A DNA stretch of 64,000 nt from a virus: the IMG/VR virus record IMGVR_UViG_3300021478_000002, positions 6,798-70,797 of that record, one strand, 5' to 3'. Position numbers and translations under genes: made by a program. The first letter of the stretch is position 1. Each line of letters starts with the position of its first letter. Positions 45,404 through 54,540 of this stretch are shown here, in pieces. A model generated the notes under the pieces. That model was not told where the DNA came from. It ran no database searches and worked only from the letters and a program-made list of their open reading frames with translations.

Positions 45404-45832
45404 ATGAGCACCGAGACCGAGATCAAGGCAGTCAAGTGCTGCCCGCATTGCGAGGCAGAGCTGACGCCGGAGGAAATCAAGACGCTGTGGTCGAGCTACA
45501 CCACGTCGCTGCGCACGACGCTGGGCGGGCCGAAGCGCACGCCGCGCCCCTGCCCGAGCTGCGGCATGACCTGCGACACTGCGCGCGAGGCCTGGAGTCA
45601 CTGCCGCATCCCGCGCAACCTGGACCCGGCGGCGCTGTTGGCCTACGTGCTAGGCCGGATGCCGGAAGAGCTGACGAAACTCCTGAGCCACCGTCATGGC
45701 GGTCTGGCGAACCTGCACGTCGCCGTGACCGGCATCCTGATGACGAAGCTCAAACCGGCGCAGAAGCGGCAGGCGAAGTGGTATCTGAGCATGATCGACC
45801 GCGCCATGGACAAGCTGGAGGACGTGGCCTGA
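45404..45832 (+). CDS. Zn-finger hypothetical protein
   Basis: CPHC...CPSCG...HC. Confidence 0.6.
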   Translation: MSTETEIKAVKCCPHCEAELTPEEIKTLWSSYTTSLRTTLGGPKRTPRPCPSCGMTCDTAREAWSHCRIPRNLDPAALLAYVLGRMPEELTKLLSHRHGGLANLHVAVTGILMTKLKPAQKRQAKWYLSMIDRAMDKLEDVA

Positions 45833-46081
45833 ATGGACAACGAAATCGGGCGCGAGTTGCTCGCGAGCGAGCTGAAGCCGAAGACCATCGTGGTGCTCGA
45901 AAGGCCCGACACCGCCATTGTCACTATGTGGGTGGCCGAGGTGACGCCCCAATACGTCATTTTCCTGGCAGGCGTTACCCAAACCTGTTTCCTCGCGCAG
46001 CGCGCCGGTCCCCACCTGGAGCAGATCACGGACGACACGGGCCGCATGCTGCGCGTCTTCGAATACCTAGGGGAACCATGA
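45833..46081 (+). CDS. Hypothetical protein
   Basis: GGAGG RBS. Confidence 0.55.
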   Translation: MDNEIGRELLASELKPKTIVVLERPDTAIVTMWVAEVTPQYVIFLAGVTQTCFLAQRAGPHLEQITDDTGRMLRVFEYLGEP

Positions 46082-46326
46082 CAGACCGGTTGAAGCGCGG
46101 AGACTACGTGCGGGTGCGCCTGAGTGATCGCGACGAGTGGACACCGGCGTTCGTCGCGCTGGCGTCCGACACCGATCCATCTTCCGTCATGCTGATGCTG
46201 GATGGCGCGGTGCGGTCGTCGTCGGGCGGCATGTTCGTTAATGCCCTGCCGTTGACGATAGACTACGCAGCGGAAACCGTCACCAGCCTGCATGGCGATG
46301 CCTACGACATCGAGGTGCCGTCTTGA
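46078..46326 (+). CDS. Hypothetical protein
   Basis: ATGA coupling; LKRGDYVRV. Confidence 0.55.
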   Translation: MTDRLKRGDYVRVRLSDRDEWTPAFVALASDTDPSSVMLMLDGAVRSSSGGMFVNALPLTIDYAAETVTSLHGDAYDIEVPS

Positions 46327-46913
46327 CCGTACCCGAACGTATCGCCCGGCTGCCGCGCGATCCGCGTGGTTACCCGATCCCGTGGAACGTGCTGCGCGAG
46401 GGCGACACGGCGTTCTTCACGATCAACGACGACCGCCGCGCCTGGGAGGCTTTGCGCAAAGGCCTGTGCCCGATCTGCGGCGAGCGCCTTGGGCGCTATC
46501 TCTGGTTTGTCGGCGGCCCGCGCTCCGCGTTCGATCCCGGCGGATGCTACCTCGACCTGCCCGGCCATCGCGACTGCATGGAGTTCGCGTTGATGACGTG
46601 CCCCTACTTGGCAATGCCGAAATACCTGGGGCGCATCGACGTCGTGCATCCCGAGAAGCTGCCGCCGCAGGCAAAGCTCCTGCTCGATGAGACCATGATC
46701 CGCGACCGGCCCGAGATCTTCGTGGCCGTCGCCTGCACGCGCATCGAGGCCAATGATCGCGGGCCGCTTCAGCCGTACTTGAAGCCGGTCGCACCGTTTC
46801 TCGATTGGACCTACTGGCGGCATGGCCGCCAAATCACCGAAGAGGAGGCAATGCCGTTCCTGCGCGCGGCGCTGGGCGACGAATGGCAGCTACCGGGGAG
46901 GGCAGCAGCATGA
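46323..46913 (+). CDS. Conserved phage Zn-binding hypothetical protein
   Basis: RGYPIPW...LCPICGERL...GGP...HRDC..FAL..CPYL. Confidence 0.65.
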   Translation: MTVPERIARLPRDPRGYPIPWNVLREGDTAFFTINDDRRAWEALRKGLCPICGERLGRYLWFVGGPRSAFDPGGCYLDLPGHRDCMEFALMTCPYLAMPKYLGRIDVVHPEKLPPQAKLLLDETMIRDRPEIFVAVACTRIEANDRGPLQPYLKPVAPFLDWTYWRHGRQITEEEAMPFLRAALGDEWQLPGRAAA

Positions 46914-47134
46914 AGATCGCGCTCGATAGCGGCGGCGGCTACCTGGAGCCCGACGAGGGACCGCGCGACACGCGCTTCCACAAGCGCATTGTGCGCGTCG
47001 AGGTGATCCAGGGCATGCGCGCGGGCCATCAGTTGATGCTCGAATGCGGCCATGGCGTGATGGCCATCGGCAACCTCGCGCACGCCGAAGGCGTGGTTCT
47101 CTGCACAAAATGCCGCGACTTGGAGGAAGGGTGA
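46910..47134 (+). CDS. Small L.CGH...CxxC Zn protein
   Basis: LECGH...CTKC. Confidence 0.55.
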   Translation: MKIALDSGGGYLEPDEGPRDTRFHKRIVRVEVIQGMRAGHQLMLECGHGVMAIGNLAHAEGVVLCTKCRDLEEG

Positions 47135-47820
47135 ATGAAGAGCTAGCCAATGCGAGCAAAGAGCTAGCCAAGGCCGCTGCAGCCCTGCGCGGCATCCAGG
47201 AGCGCCAGGAGGCCCGCCGCCGGGCTGCGCGCTTCCGGCCTGACGGCAAGCTGCGGCCAACTGAGTCGCGCAACCGGTTCATCGCGGAGACCGCCCTGGT
47301 GCGCGAGCCGATCCCTGACGGCCACGGTGCCGAGTTCTGGATCACATACACCGGCAATCGCGCGGAGTGGCAGCGCGTGAAAGACGATCCGATCCTGGCC
47401 CAGCTTCCCGAGCTTTCGAAGCACCTCGATCCCGACGCGCTCAACGGCTACGTGGCCTATCCGAAGCGCCACGCGCCGCGCCTGCCGAAGGGTGACTGCA
47501 ACATTGTGCAATACATTCCGGTGCATGGCGGCATCACCTGGGCGTGCAAAGACAGCTACATGGCCGTGTGGGGCTTCGACACCATGCACTGTAACAGCGC
47601 AGAGCAGCCGCGCGCCGACCAGGATTGGATTCGCGCCAACTGTTGGGTACTGTATCGCGGGCTGATGCTCGCGGAGAAGCGCTGGCCGGAATTCCGGCGG
47701 GCCTCACGGTCGCGGCGCGCGGAGATCGCCGATGAACTGCTCGCGTTGATCGAGGAGCAGCCGCTGCTGGAGAAGCTCGGCTTCAACGCCATGATCAACA
47801 TGCTGTTCGGGAGGATTTGA
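47131..47820 (+). CDS. Conserved phage hypothetical protein
   Basis: NGYV...VHGGITW...WGFDTMH. Confidence 0.65.
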   Translation: MNEELANASKELAKAAAALRGIQERQEARRRAARFRPDGKLRPTESRNRFIAETALVREPIPDGHGAEFWITYTGNRAEWQRVKDDPILAQLPELSKHLDPDALNGYVAYPKRHAPRLPKGDCNIVQYIPVHGGITWACKDSYMAVWGFDTMHCNSAEQPRADQDWIRANCWVLYRGLMLAEKRWPEFRRASRSRRAEIADELLALIEEQPLLEKLGFNAMINMLFGRI

Positions 47821-47969
47821 TGGGATTCGGACAAGATCAGAACGGAATCTTTAAGCCGCTGCCCGATGGGCGCGTGCTGCGCGTCACCAAGCGAACGTTC
47901 AACACCATCCTGACCCTTTCCAGTTCTCAGCAGGACGACGGGTGGAAGGATGGCTGGTGATACACGACC

Positions 47970-48164
47970 ATGGAAGCCGCCGTGAGCGACTTTGTGATCT
48001 GGGAACCGGGCGAGACCGTGATCTGCGTGCTCTGCAACAGGGAGCGCGGCGGCGACGATCCGCCCGGCAATTGGATGCGGCACCGGCCCAGCCAGCGGCG
48101 GCGCATCCCGATCTTCGGCGAGCGCTGGGGGACGTTGGGCTACATGGAGTACATCCACGAATGA
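47970..48164 (+). CDS. Hypothetical protein
   Basis: Fills gap; coupled to next gene. Confidence 0.35.
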   Translation: MEAAVSDFVIWEPGETVICVLCNRERGGDDPPGNWMRHRPSQRRRIPIFGERWGTLGYMEYIHE

Positions 48165-48499
48165 AGAAAAAACGCTTGGCACTAATCGTCAGCGGGAAGA
48201 CCGTCGCCGATGCCTGCCCGAACTGCATGCATAGGCTGGATGGGATGACGGCGGCCCGTCTGGACGGACCTTTCGAGCGTACCGGGCCGACGAGGCGGGT
48301 CAGCCTGAAGGGAAATGTGAGCATGTGCGTCTACTGCGGGGCAATGCTGGTTTTTGCCGACGATGAGGGACACCTGCGGACGATGACCGCTGCGGAGCGG
48401 TCCACTTACCATCTGGAGCCGGTCCTTCAAGACATCATGGACAAAATTCGGTCCAAGCGGCCCAACCCACCCGACTTCACGAGGAAGAATTTCAATTGA
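48161..48499 (+). CDS. Zn-ribbon hypothetical protein
   Basis: CPNC...G.VSMCVYCG..L.F. Confidence 0.6.
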   Translation: MKKKRLALIVSGKTVADACPNCMHRLDGMTAARLDGPFERTGPTRRVSLKGNVSMCVYCGAMLVFADDEGHLRTMTAAERSTYHLEPVLQDIMDKIRSKRPNPPDFTRKNFN

Positions 48500-48506
48500 G
48501 GCGCAC

Positions 48507-49430
48507 ATGCCACGACTGATCGATGACCTGCGCGCCAAGAGCGCCCGGATCGCGAAGCCGCACTTCGTGCCGCCTGACAAGGTGGACGCATGGCAGGATA
48601 TGGCCAAGCGCACGCACGAGACGCTGATGTGGCCGGAGCTGCCGGTGCTGCTCATCGACAACGTGTCCGAGTACTTTTACACGAGCGAGCAAGAGTATTG
48701 GGATCTGCGCGACGACTTCCCGAATCTGGCTCCGCCCTATCCGGTGTTCTGGGCCGAGTGCAAGATGGCCAAGCGCATCCACAGCAAGCAGTGTGGCGAC
48801 ACCAACGTGGGCGCTCTCGTGCCGCATGGCCGACTTGGCGCGCTGATTCACGGTCTCAATCCGTCGGAGGTAAACGGCGAGGGCATCCCCGAGAACGTCC
48901 GGTGGATTCTGTGGTGCGAGCTGTTCATCGACTACGGTCGGCGCGGCGTGACGGCGGATGGACCGCATGGTTCCACATTCCTGTGCGTGGATGCCGAGGG
49001 CGTGATCATCGAAAAGCCGTGGATGCAGTCGCTCGCCGACCAGAGCGATGCCGGGATCATGCGCAGCTACATGACGTTCTTCAACCCGGTCTTCCTGGCG
49101 ATGAGCTTTCTCCACTGCCGGAACGTCACCATCGTCGAGAACGAGGTGCCCCCGAAGGTCGCGAAGAAGTATCGCGCGCGCACCGGCGTGCAGCCGACCC
49201 GCTACAAGACTCTGATCATCGAGCCGCTGAAAAAGATCCTGCGCACCGAAGGCCGCAGCGACACGGTCGGCGTGCAGAAGGCGATGCACATCTGCCGGGG
49301 CCACTTCAAGGACTACCGCGAGGGTCGCGGGCTGTTTGGCAAATATCACCAGCTCGTGTGGCAGCCATCCATCGTGCGCGGCACCAAGGGCAAGAGCGCG
49401 CCGCCGAGGGAGATCGAGGTCAAGCTATGA
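48507..49430 (+). CDS. Protein with C-terminal HxxRGH motif (possible distant AcrVA2/FinQ relative)
   Basis: LAPPYPVFWAE...FLHCRNV...HICRGHFK.Y...W.P..RG. Confidence 0.6.
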   Translation: MPRLIDDLRAKSARIAKPHFVPPDKVDAWQDMAKRTHETLMWPELPVLLIDNVSEYFYTSEQEYWDLRDDFPNLAPPYPVFWAECKMAKRIHSKQCGDTNVGALVPHGRLGALIHGLNPSEVNGEGIPENVRWILWCELFIDYGRRGVTADGPHGSTFLCVDAEGVIIEKPWMQSLADQSDAGIMRSYMTFFNPVFLAMSFLHCRNVTIVENEVPPKVAKKYRARTGVQPTRYKTLIIEPLKKILRTEGRSDTVGVQKAMHICRGHFKDYREGRGLFGKYHQLVWQPSIVRGTKGKSAPPREIEVKL

Positions 49431-50503
49431 ATCCATCCATCGAAGAGAAGGTCAGGCGACCGGTAAAATATCTGACCGCAGTATCGCAACGCTATCCCGG
49501 CATATGGAGATCAGTGGATCAGTTGCGCGCAAATCGCGACAAGGTGGCGCAACACCACGATTGGCCGACATGGTGCTATTTGCCCCTGCCGGGGGCCGCA
49601 GGGATTATTACCTCCCCGACCCTCGATGATGGCCAGGAGAATATAGAAGCAGCCTGCGTGGCGACGCTAGCTGGTTGGCGGCTTGCCAAGGACATTTATA
49701 TTTTTGATGAGACCGTTCTTGAGGAGTTGTGGAATACGCCCATCGAAGGGAACATCCCTATCGATGTCCTGTATAGGCTGCCTACGTTATGTGCCTACGT
49801 GGCATTCCCTTCGCCCAGAGACGTAGAAGACGGCAAGCTTCACGGCTTCTTCGTCCACCTGAACTACATCAGAATGCCGATGCTGGTGATCGCCATGGAT
49901 TTCGGCACCCTTAATCGCATCTCCTCCGAGTATGTTCCTCTGGCTGTCTTTCCCGTGGAACTGCACGAGGGCGTTGATCTGCTCCAATGCCTGACGATCA
50001 TGCATGAAAAATTGCAGCGGCGGAGAGGCAAGCCACCTGAAGAGATCGAGCGAGTCGTACTGCCGGAAGCAATAAAACGTACGCTGGAACCGCTGGTGAG
50101 TCTTACGATTTATCTCTGTTCGACGTCGGCGGAAATCAGAGCGCGAGACCCGTTGCGCGGCCTAAAGCAGGGCCACTACACCAAGAAGACGAAGAAGGGC
50201 GTGCGCACTTTTGTCCCCGAGCAGCCGCAGGTTTGGGAGGTCGCGTATCGCATCGGGGCCACTTTACGCGCAGCAACCGCTGCCGCCGTATCGCGGAGCA
50301 CCGACAACGGCGGCACGCACGCAAGCCCGCGTCCGCACATGCGCAAGGCGCACTGGCACTCGTTCTGGACGGGTCCGAAGGCTGCTGTCGGCAAGGCTCC
50401 GGTGCCTGCGCGTGAGATTGTTCTCAAATGGATTCCGCCTATTGCCGTCGCGATGGGACCGGATGACGAGACCATTCCAACCGTCCACCGGGTGACGAGG
50501 TGA
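49427..50503 (+). CDS. AcrVA2/FinQ-like protein
   Basis: WRLAKDIYIFD...LP..CAYV...GFF...IYLC...RIG..LR...PRPHMRKAHWHSFWTG...LKW.P follows the AcrVA2 motif order as I recall it; start at 49427 (ATGA). Confidence 0.75.
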   Translation: MNPSIEEKVRRPVKYLTAVSQRYPGIWRSVDQLRANRDKVAQHHDWPTWCYLPLPGAAGIITSPTLDDGQENIEAACVATLAGWRLAKDIYIFDETVLEELWNTPIEGNIPIDVLYRLPTLCAYVAFPSPRDVEDGKLHGFFVHLNYIRMPMLVIAMDFGTLNRISSEYVPLAVFPVELHEGVDLLQCLTIMHEKLQRRRGKPPEEIERVVLPEAIKRTLEPLVSLTIYLCSTSAEIRARDPLRGLKQGHYTKKTKKGVRTFVPEQPQVWEVAYRIGATLRAATAAAVSRSTDNGGTHASPRPHMRKAHWHSFWTGPKAAVGKAPVPAREIVLKWIPPIAVAMGPDDETIPTVHRVTR

Positions 50504-50715
50504 AGCTTATGAACTGTCCGTTTTATGGCCGTGCCATGTATCAGACGGGCCTGATCGGCGGGCCGCGACCGATTCTGCTGTTGAATACCAACGGCAATCA
50601 ATGCGCCATCGTCACCACCAGCCACGCACCGTGCCGGATGGAGATCAACGGCGAGACCCCGGATTGGAAGACGTGCGTGCTGGTCCGCGACATGCGGATG
50701 GAGCCGGAGCTATGA
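50500..50715 (+). CDS. Small Cys-rich protein
   Basis: Coupled; CPFYG...QCA...PC...C. Confidence 0.5.
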   Translation: MKLMNCPFYGRAMYQTGLIGGPRPILLLNTNGNQCAIVTTSHAPCRMEINGETPDWKTCVLVRDMRMEPEL

Positions 50716-50858
50716 TCGAGCAGCCGCCCTACATCGTGTGCCCGAAATGCGGCATGGTCTCGCATAATCCGAACGACGTGCGAGAACGCTACTGCGGCAA
50801 CTGCCACGGCTTCCACGACGATCTACTCAGGGAGCTGAAGGGCCGGGAGGAACCATGA
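50712..50858 (+). CDS. Small Zn-ribbon protein
   Basis: CPKCG..SHNPND....YCGNCH. Confidence 0.6.
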   Translation: MIEQPPYIVCPKCGMVSHNPNDVRERYCGNCHGFHDDLLRELKGREEP

Positions 50859-51205
50859 GCGAACCTCTTGCGATCTACACCTGGGTCGGCGAGGACGAAC
50901 ACGCCAACATGATCGAACAACAAGTGGCCAAACTAAGGCGGGAGCGTGAGGCGAGCGAACAACAAGTGGCAAGCGTGATGACGGTGGAGAATGATCTGAA
51001 ATACGTCATACAGGGTGCGCATTACGGCAAGAATGACTGGTGGGACTTGCCCAACCAGACCTACGACAGTCGAAGCGAAGCCCTGTACCACAAGCGCTGG
51101 CCCAACGACCCAGACGACACGGGGTGGATGTGGATACCGGACCTTCAACTCCGTGTCGTGCGCCGGGTGCGGCGAGTGGTCACGGTCGAGCAATGTGTGT
51201 CCTGA
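50855..51205 (+). CDS. Hypothetical protein
   Basis: GGAGG RBS; ATGA coupling. Confidence 0.55.
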   Translation: MSEPLAIYTWVGEDEHANMIEQQVAKLRREREASEQQVASVMTVENDLKYVIQGAHYGKNDWWDLPNQTYDSRSEALYHKRWPNDPDDTGWMWIPDLQLRVVRRVRRVVTVEQCVS

Positions 51206-51214
51206 GGCGCGAGC

Positions 51215-51454
51215 ATGAAGCACTGTAGCTTTTGCGAGGAGCCGATCTTGAAGGGAGAAGCTGCGCGGGTCTTCGGCGAGCCGCTGCACCAGGAATGCCA
51301 CCTGCGCTTGATCTTCGGTTCGGTCGCCCACCTGGAGCGCCGGTGCGGCTGCTTCGTGCCGGGATCGATGGAAAGCGATCCGCTCACCATGACCAAGCGC
51401 CAAGCGGCGCGCGCGGCGGTCCTGCTCTTCGGCGTAATGTCACGGAGCAACTGA
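51215..51454 (+). CDS. Small Zn-finger protein
   Basis: CSFCEEPI...HQEC...GSVAH....CGC. Confidence 0.6.
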   Translation: MKHCSFCEEPILKGEAARVFGEPLHQECHLRLIFGSVAHLERRCGCFVPGSMESDPLTMTKRQAARAAVLLFGVMSRSN

Positions 51455-51521
51455 CACCACCATCCTGCTGCCGGAGGAATACTGACAACTGCATGTGATA
51501 GGCTGATGCCTGCGAGGGCTT

Positions 51522-51950
51522 ATGGACAAAAAGTTTGAGCGTGCACTACGAAAGGCGTGTAAAGAAGCGGGCGATTGGAGGGCTCAGGCTCGTCATGCTG
51601 CGAAATATCTTCGGCAGGCCGTTAAAGCGCCGACGGAGGAAGAGTCGGGCGACTACCTGGAGGAAGCCAGCCAATGTATATCTCAAATGTTCGAAGTATT
51701 CTGGGATCGCAAAGAAGGCAGCGCCGAGAACAAATACCTTGATCCGAATTACACACCGGACCCGCTTTTCGGGGATATTCCCTCCACGAGTCAGGTCCAC
51801 CTTCCAGAAAGGGCTTGGCATCTGCTCTACATGCAGGCCAAGAGGGATGGCGTCGATATCCACACGGCGCTCGCCCGGCTGATCCTGCACGAACCATACG
51901 AGCCGCCGGAATTCCCCAAGCTGGATTTTGGTGGTGGCCCGGTCCAGTGA
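51522..51950 (+). CDS. Hypothetical protein
   Basis: 142 aa; preceded by variant CTGACAACTGCATG box at 51482. Confidence 0.55.
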   Translation: MDKKFERALRKACKEAGDWRAQARHAAKYLRQAVKAPTEEESGDYLEEASQCISQMFEVFWDRKEGSAENKYLDPNYTPDPLFGDIPSTSQVHLPERAWHLLYMQAKRDGVDIHTALARLILHEPYEPPEFPKLDFGGGPVQ

Positions 51951-51958
51951 TTGGCCAT

Positions 51959-52011
51959 TTCACCCTTTGCGGTTGACAACTGCATGCGATGGTCCGTATA
52001 TTGTGAATATG
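51959..52011 (+). promoter_or_regulatory. Leaderless-type promoter, TTCACCC family
   Basis: TTCACCCT-6-TTGACA-18-TATATT-6-ATG. Confidence 0.75.
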
Positions 52012-52329
52012 AACAATGTTTGCCAATTCTGCAATGTCGAGCACGCAACCACGGTGCCGACCGTACACCTGAACGGAACCAGCGCCGAGGAGCTGCGTGA
52101 TCAGCTCGACGCCGCCGTCGAAGGGCTGCGCGCCGCCCGGCAGGCCGTGGTGCAGGCCGCACCCAACGGGCGCGACTACTACGTGCAAGACGCCATCGCG
52201 CGCGGACGTGCCATGGGCGCACACGAACGCCGCTGCGGCGAACTGACCCGCATGCTGGCCGAGCTGGAAGAAATGCGCGACCACGTGCAGGCCGTCATCG
52301 ACTTCAAGGCCGCGCAGCGGGCACGATGA
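52009..52329 (+). CDS. Conserved phage hypothetical protein (leaderless)
   Basis: PTVHLNGTS...APNGRDYYVQ. Confidence 0.65.
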   Translation: MNNVCQFCNVEHATTVPTVHLNGTSAEELRDQLDAAVEGLRAARQAVVQAAPNGRDYYVQDAIARGRAMGAHERRCGELTRMLAELEEMRDHVQAVIDFKAAQRAR

Positions 52330-52913
52330 CCGCCCGCGAGATCTTCGACGGGATAGCGCCGCTGGTCGCGCCGTTGCTGGAGGCGGAGTTCGACCGGCGC
52401 GACTCCTGCATCCTGGCCACACGGGTGGCGATTGAGACGGCGGCCTACTTCGGCATCGAAGCAAGGCCGCAGCCGGTCAAGGTGATGCTCCTGAACGCCA
52501 CCTTCGCGCGCCACGTTGCCGAGGGCTTCGCGGGTGTCGACCGGAACCAGCCCTGTAGCACCTGGGGCGACGATTCCTGGGGCGTCGGCATCGGTATGGG
52601 CAAGCCGAACGAGCCGAACCGTTGGGACGGGCACCTGATCGCCGTCGCCGACGGTGCCTTCGGCGATTTCAGCATCCAGCAGGCCGAGCGGCTGCAACGA
52701 AATATCTACACCGGCCCGGCGCTGGTCGGCCCGTACCACGAAGAGGACATGTGGAGGGCGATCCACGAGCCGAGCGGCACCGTGGTCGAGTATTCGCGCA
52801 CGCTGGACAATCAGTGGCGCAACGCGCCCGACTGGAAGGATGAGGCCCGCCGCCGCCCGATAGTCGGCAAACTGGTCCGCGCGCTGCGCGCGAGGGAGGT
52901 CAGCCGGTCCTGA
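52326..52913 (+). CDS. Putative transglutaminase/papain-like protein
   Basis: SCILAT...GHLIAV...D.S..Q candidate Cys-His-Asp triad. Confidence 0.5.
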   Translation: MTAREIFDGIAPLVAPLLEAEFDRRDSCILATRVAIETAAYFGIEARPQPVKVMLLNATFARHVAEGFAGVDRNQPCSTWGDDSWGVGIGMGKPNEPNRWDGHLIAVADGAFGDFSIQQAERLQRNIYTGPALVGPYHEEDMWRAIHEPSGTVVEYSRTLDNQWRNAPDWKDEARRRPIVGKLVRALRAREVSRS

Positions 52914-53023
52914 CTGGCCTTCCAGGCCCGTGGCGGGCTTCCTAGTGTGACAGCGGGCCATTCTACGCGCTGTAACCCAACTTTGCCTTGCTTGTGGCGA
53001 CGTCGCGGGCTTACTATGCGTGT

Positions 53024-53064
53024 GGGCCGCCGGGACGGCCCTAACCCAAAAGCAATAGCATCCC
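53024..53064 (+). ncRNA. Candidate pseudoknot RNA motif, copy 2
   Basis: GGGCCG CCGGGA CGGCCC TAACCCAAAAGCAATAGCATCCC. Confidence 0.55.
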
Positions 53065-53116
53065 GTTCCCCCCTAACGGCACACACAGCAAATTTAGAGA
53101 ATAGGAGAGCTTTGTC

Positions 53117-53800
53117 ATGGGTTTCCAACGTTTTATAGGCTTTGCATGGGTTCCAGGTCCCGGCGAGCCGACTGATCCAGGATTCGGCGGCGGCATTCCC
53201 GCACCGCCCGATCCAGGCTGGGGGATTGGCAGTGGCCTGCATCCTTCGCATGGGCTGCCGGGCGGCGGGCACATCAGCACCGGGCCGATCTATCCCGGCG
53301 GGCATCCCGGCAATAAGCCTCCGGGGCGGCCCATCGTTCCTCCGCATCCCGGCCAACGACCGCCGATGGGCGGCGCTCCGCCGCATCCGTGGCTTCCCGG
53401 TCACTGGGACATCATCGATCCCGGCTGGGGCAAACCGCCGTTGATCGGATTTTTGCCGGTCGATCCCGGCTGGGGCGTTGACACTGGGACCGGACCCGAT
53501 CAGGGCCTGCCGCCGACCGGAGCGCCTCCGGTGGCGGGAATGCCGCTACCTCCGACCGGCGCACCTCCGGCACCGGGCCAGGGTCTGCCAGGGACACCGC
53601 CCACGAAGCCGCCGGTTGTCGGCGGCGGCCCGATCACGGGTCCTGGTGGTGGTGTCTGGGTGCCCGTCGATCCCGATTGGGGAGTGCCCGGCTGTCCCGG
53701 TGGCAAACCGCATCCGCCCATCTGGGCGTGGATTCCCGCGCCGCCTGATCTGAGCAAGCCGGTGCCGGTGCCGCCCGAACCTGCGCCCGCGCCGAAGTAG
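53117..53800 (+). CDS. Pro/Gly-rich low-complexity protein with DPG(W/F)G repeats
   Basis: AGGAG RBS; DPGFG, DPGWG x3, DPDWG. Confidence 0.7.
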   Translation: MGFQRFIGFAWVPGPGEPTDPGFGGGIPAPPDPGWGIGSGLHPSHGLPGGGHISTGPIYPGGHPGNKPPGRPIVPPHPGQRPPMGGAPPHPWLPGHWDIIDPGWGKPPLIGFLPVDPGWGVDTGTGPDQGLPPTGAPPVAGMPLPPTGAPPAPGQGLPGTPPTKPPVVGGGPITGPGGGVWVPVDPDWGVPGCPGGKPHPPIWAWIPAPPDLSKPVPVPPEPAPAPK

Positions 53801-53929
53801 TCGTTCAACGAGTTGGCGAGGCAGGAGCTGGCCGCCGGATGCTTCCCGGTCCTGCGTCCAGGCCGTCGACCTGCCTCGCCATTGCATGTGCGCGGCGCTT
53901 GGACTATGATTGGGACGTCTTTCGCCGCC

Positions 53930-53972
53930 GGGCCGCTGGGACAAGGCCCTGACCCCGAAGTGATAACATCCC
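53930..53972 (+). ncRNA. Candidate pseudoknot RNA motif, copy 3
   Basis: GGGCC GCTGGGACAA GGCCC TGACCCCGAAGTGATAACATCCC. Confidence 0.55.
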
Positions 53973-54130
53973 ACTCAGTTTTTACCGTATCGCCGCCACA
54001 GCGACTAGCCCTCGCGTCCACGGCGGCGTTCCCACTCCATGTGTAGCCGCTTAACCTTGCCGGGGTGGGGCAACACGGGGCAGCTTTCATTACGGGCTGC
54101 CCCGTTCCAACTCCGTTAAGGAGAAGACCT

Positions 54131-54295
54131 ATGACGATATCAGTCCTGTTTCTGGTGATCGCAATCGTGCTCTTCGCGCTCGGTTCCTGGAGCCGCTGGT
54201 GGGCCACCCAGCAGCAAGCCTACTACCCGACCTTCGTCTGCGGCGGCCTGTTCTTCTGGGCCCTCTCCCAGCTCTGGCCGATGCTCGCCAAGTAA
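54131..54295 (+). CDS. Small two-TM membrane protein (possible holin)
   Basis: AAGGAG RBS; two hydrophobic helices in 54 aa. Confidence 0.55.
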   Translation: MTISVLFLVIAIVLFALGSWSRWWATQQQAYYPTFVCGGLFFWALSQLWPMLAK

Positions 54296-54540
54296 CAAAG
54301 TCCTCCATCCCTCCCTGGCTCACCAAGTGAGCCCGCTCCCGCGTTAAGGAACATTAATTTTGACACGTGTGCCTCGCGCCGGTCGTGGCATTCCCAGCAC
54401 GTCACGCGCTTGCCGATGAACAATCGCAGGCGAGTCAGGTCCGTCACCGGCACCACGTAACGGTGCCCGCAGGCGAGAACCACCAGATACTCCTGCGGCC
54501 CCAGCCGGTGGAGCCCGATGACGGTGGTCCTGGTGTCCAT
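54223..54540 (-). CDS. Small L.CGH...CxxC Zn protein
   Basis: LACGH...LFIGKRVTCWEC, similar to the 44340 protein. Confidence 0.45.
   Translation of the reverse strand: MDTRTTVIGLHRLGPQEYLVVLACGHRYVVPVTDLTRLRLFIGKRVTCWECHDRREAHVSKLMFLNAGAGSLGEPGRDGGLCYLASIGQSWERAQKNRPPQTKVG

Noticed and set aside
48590-49426. 637-aa ORF 48590-50503 as one protein
   Set aside because: Its first ~280 codons overlap gene 48507-49430 in another frame; the ATGA-coupled start at 49427 is more plausible
54131-54295. Complete lysis cassette
   Set aside because: No recognisable endolysin or spanin in the window; the holin call rests on hydrophobicity only
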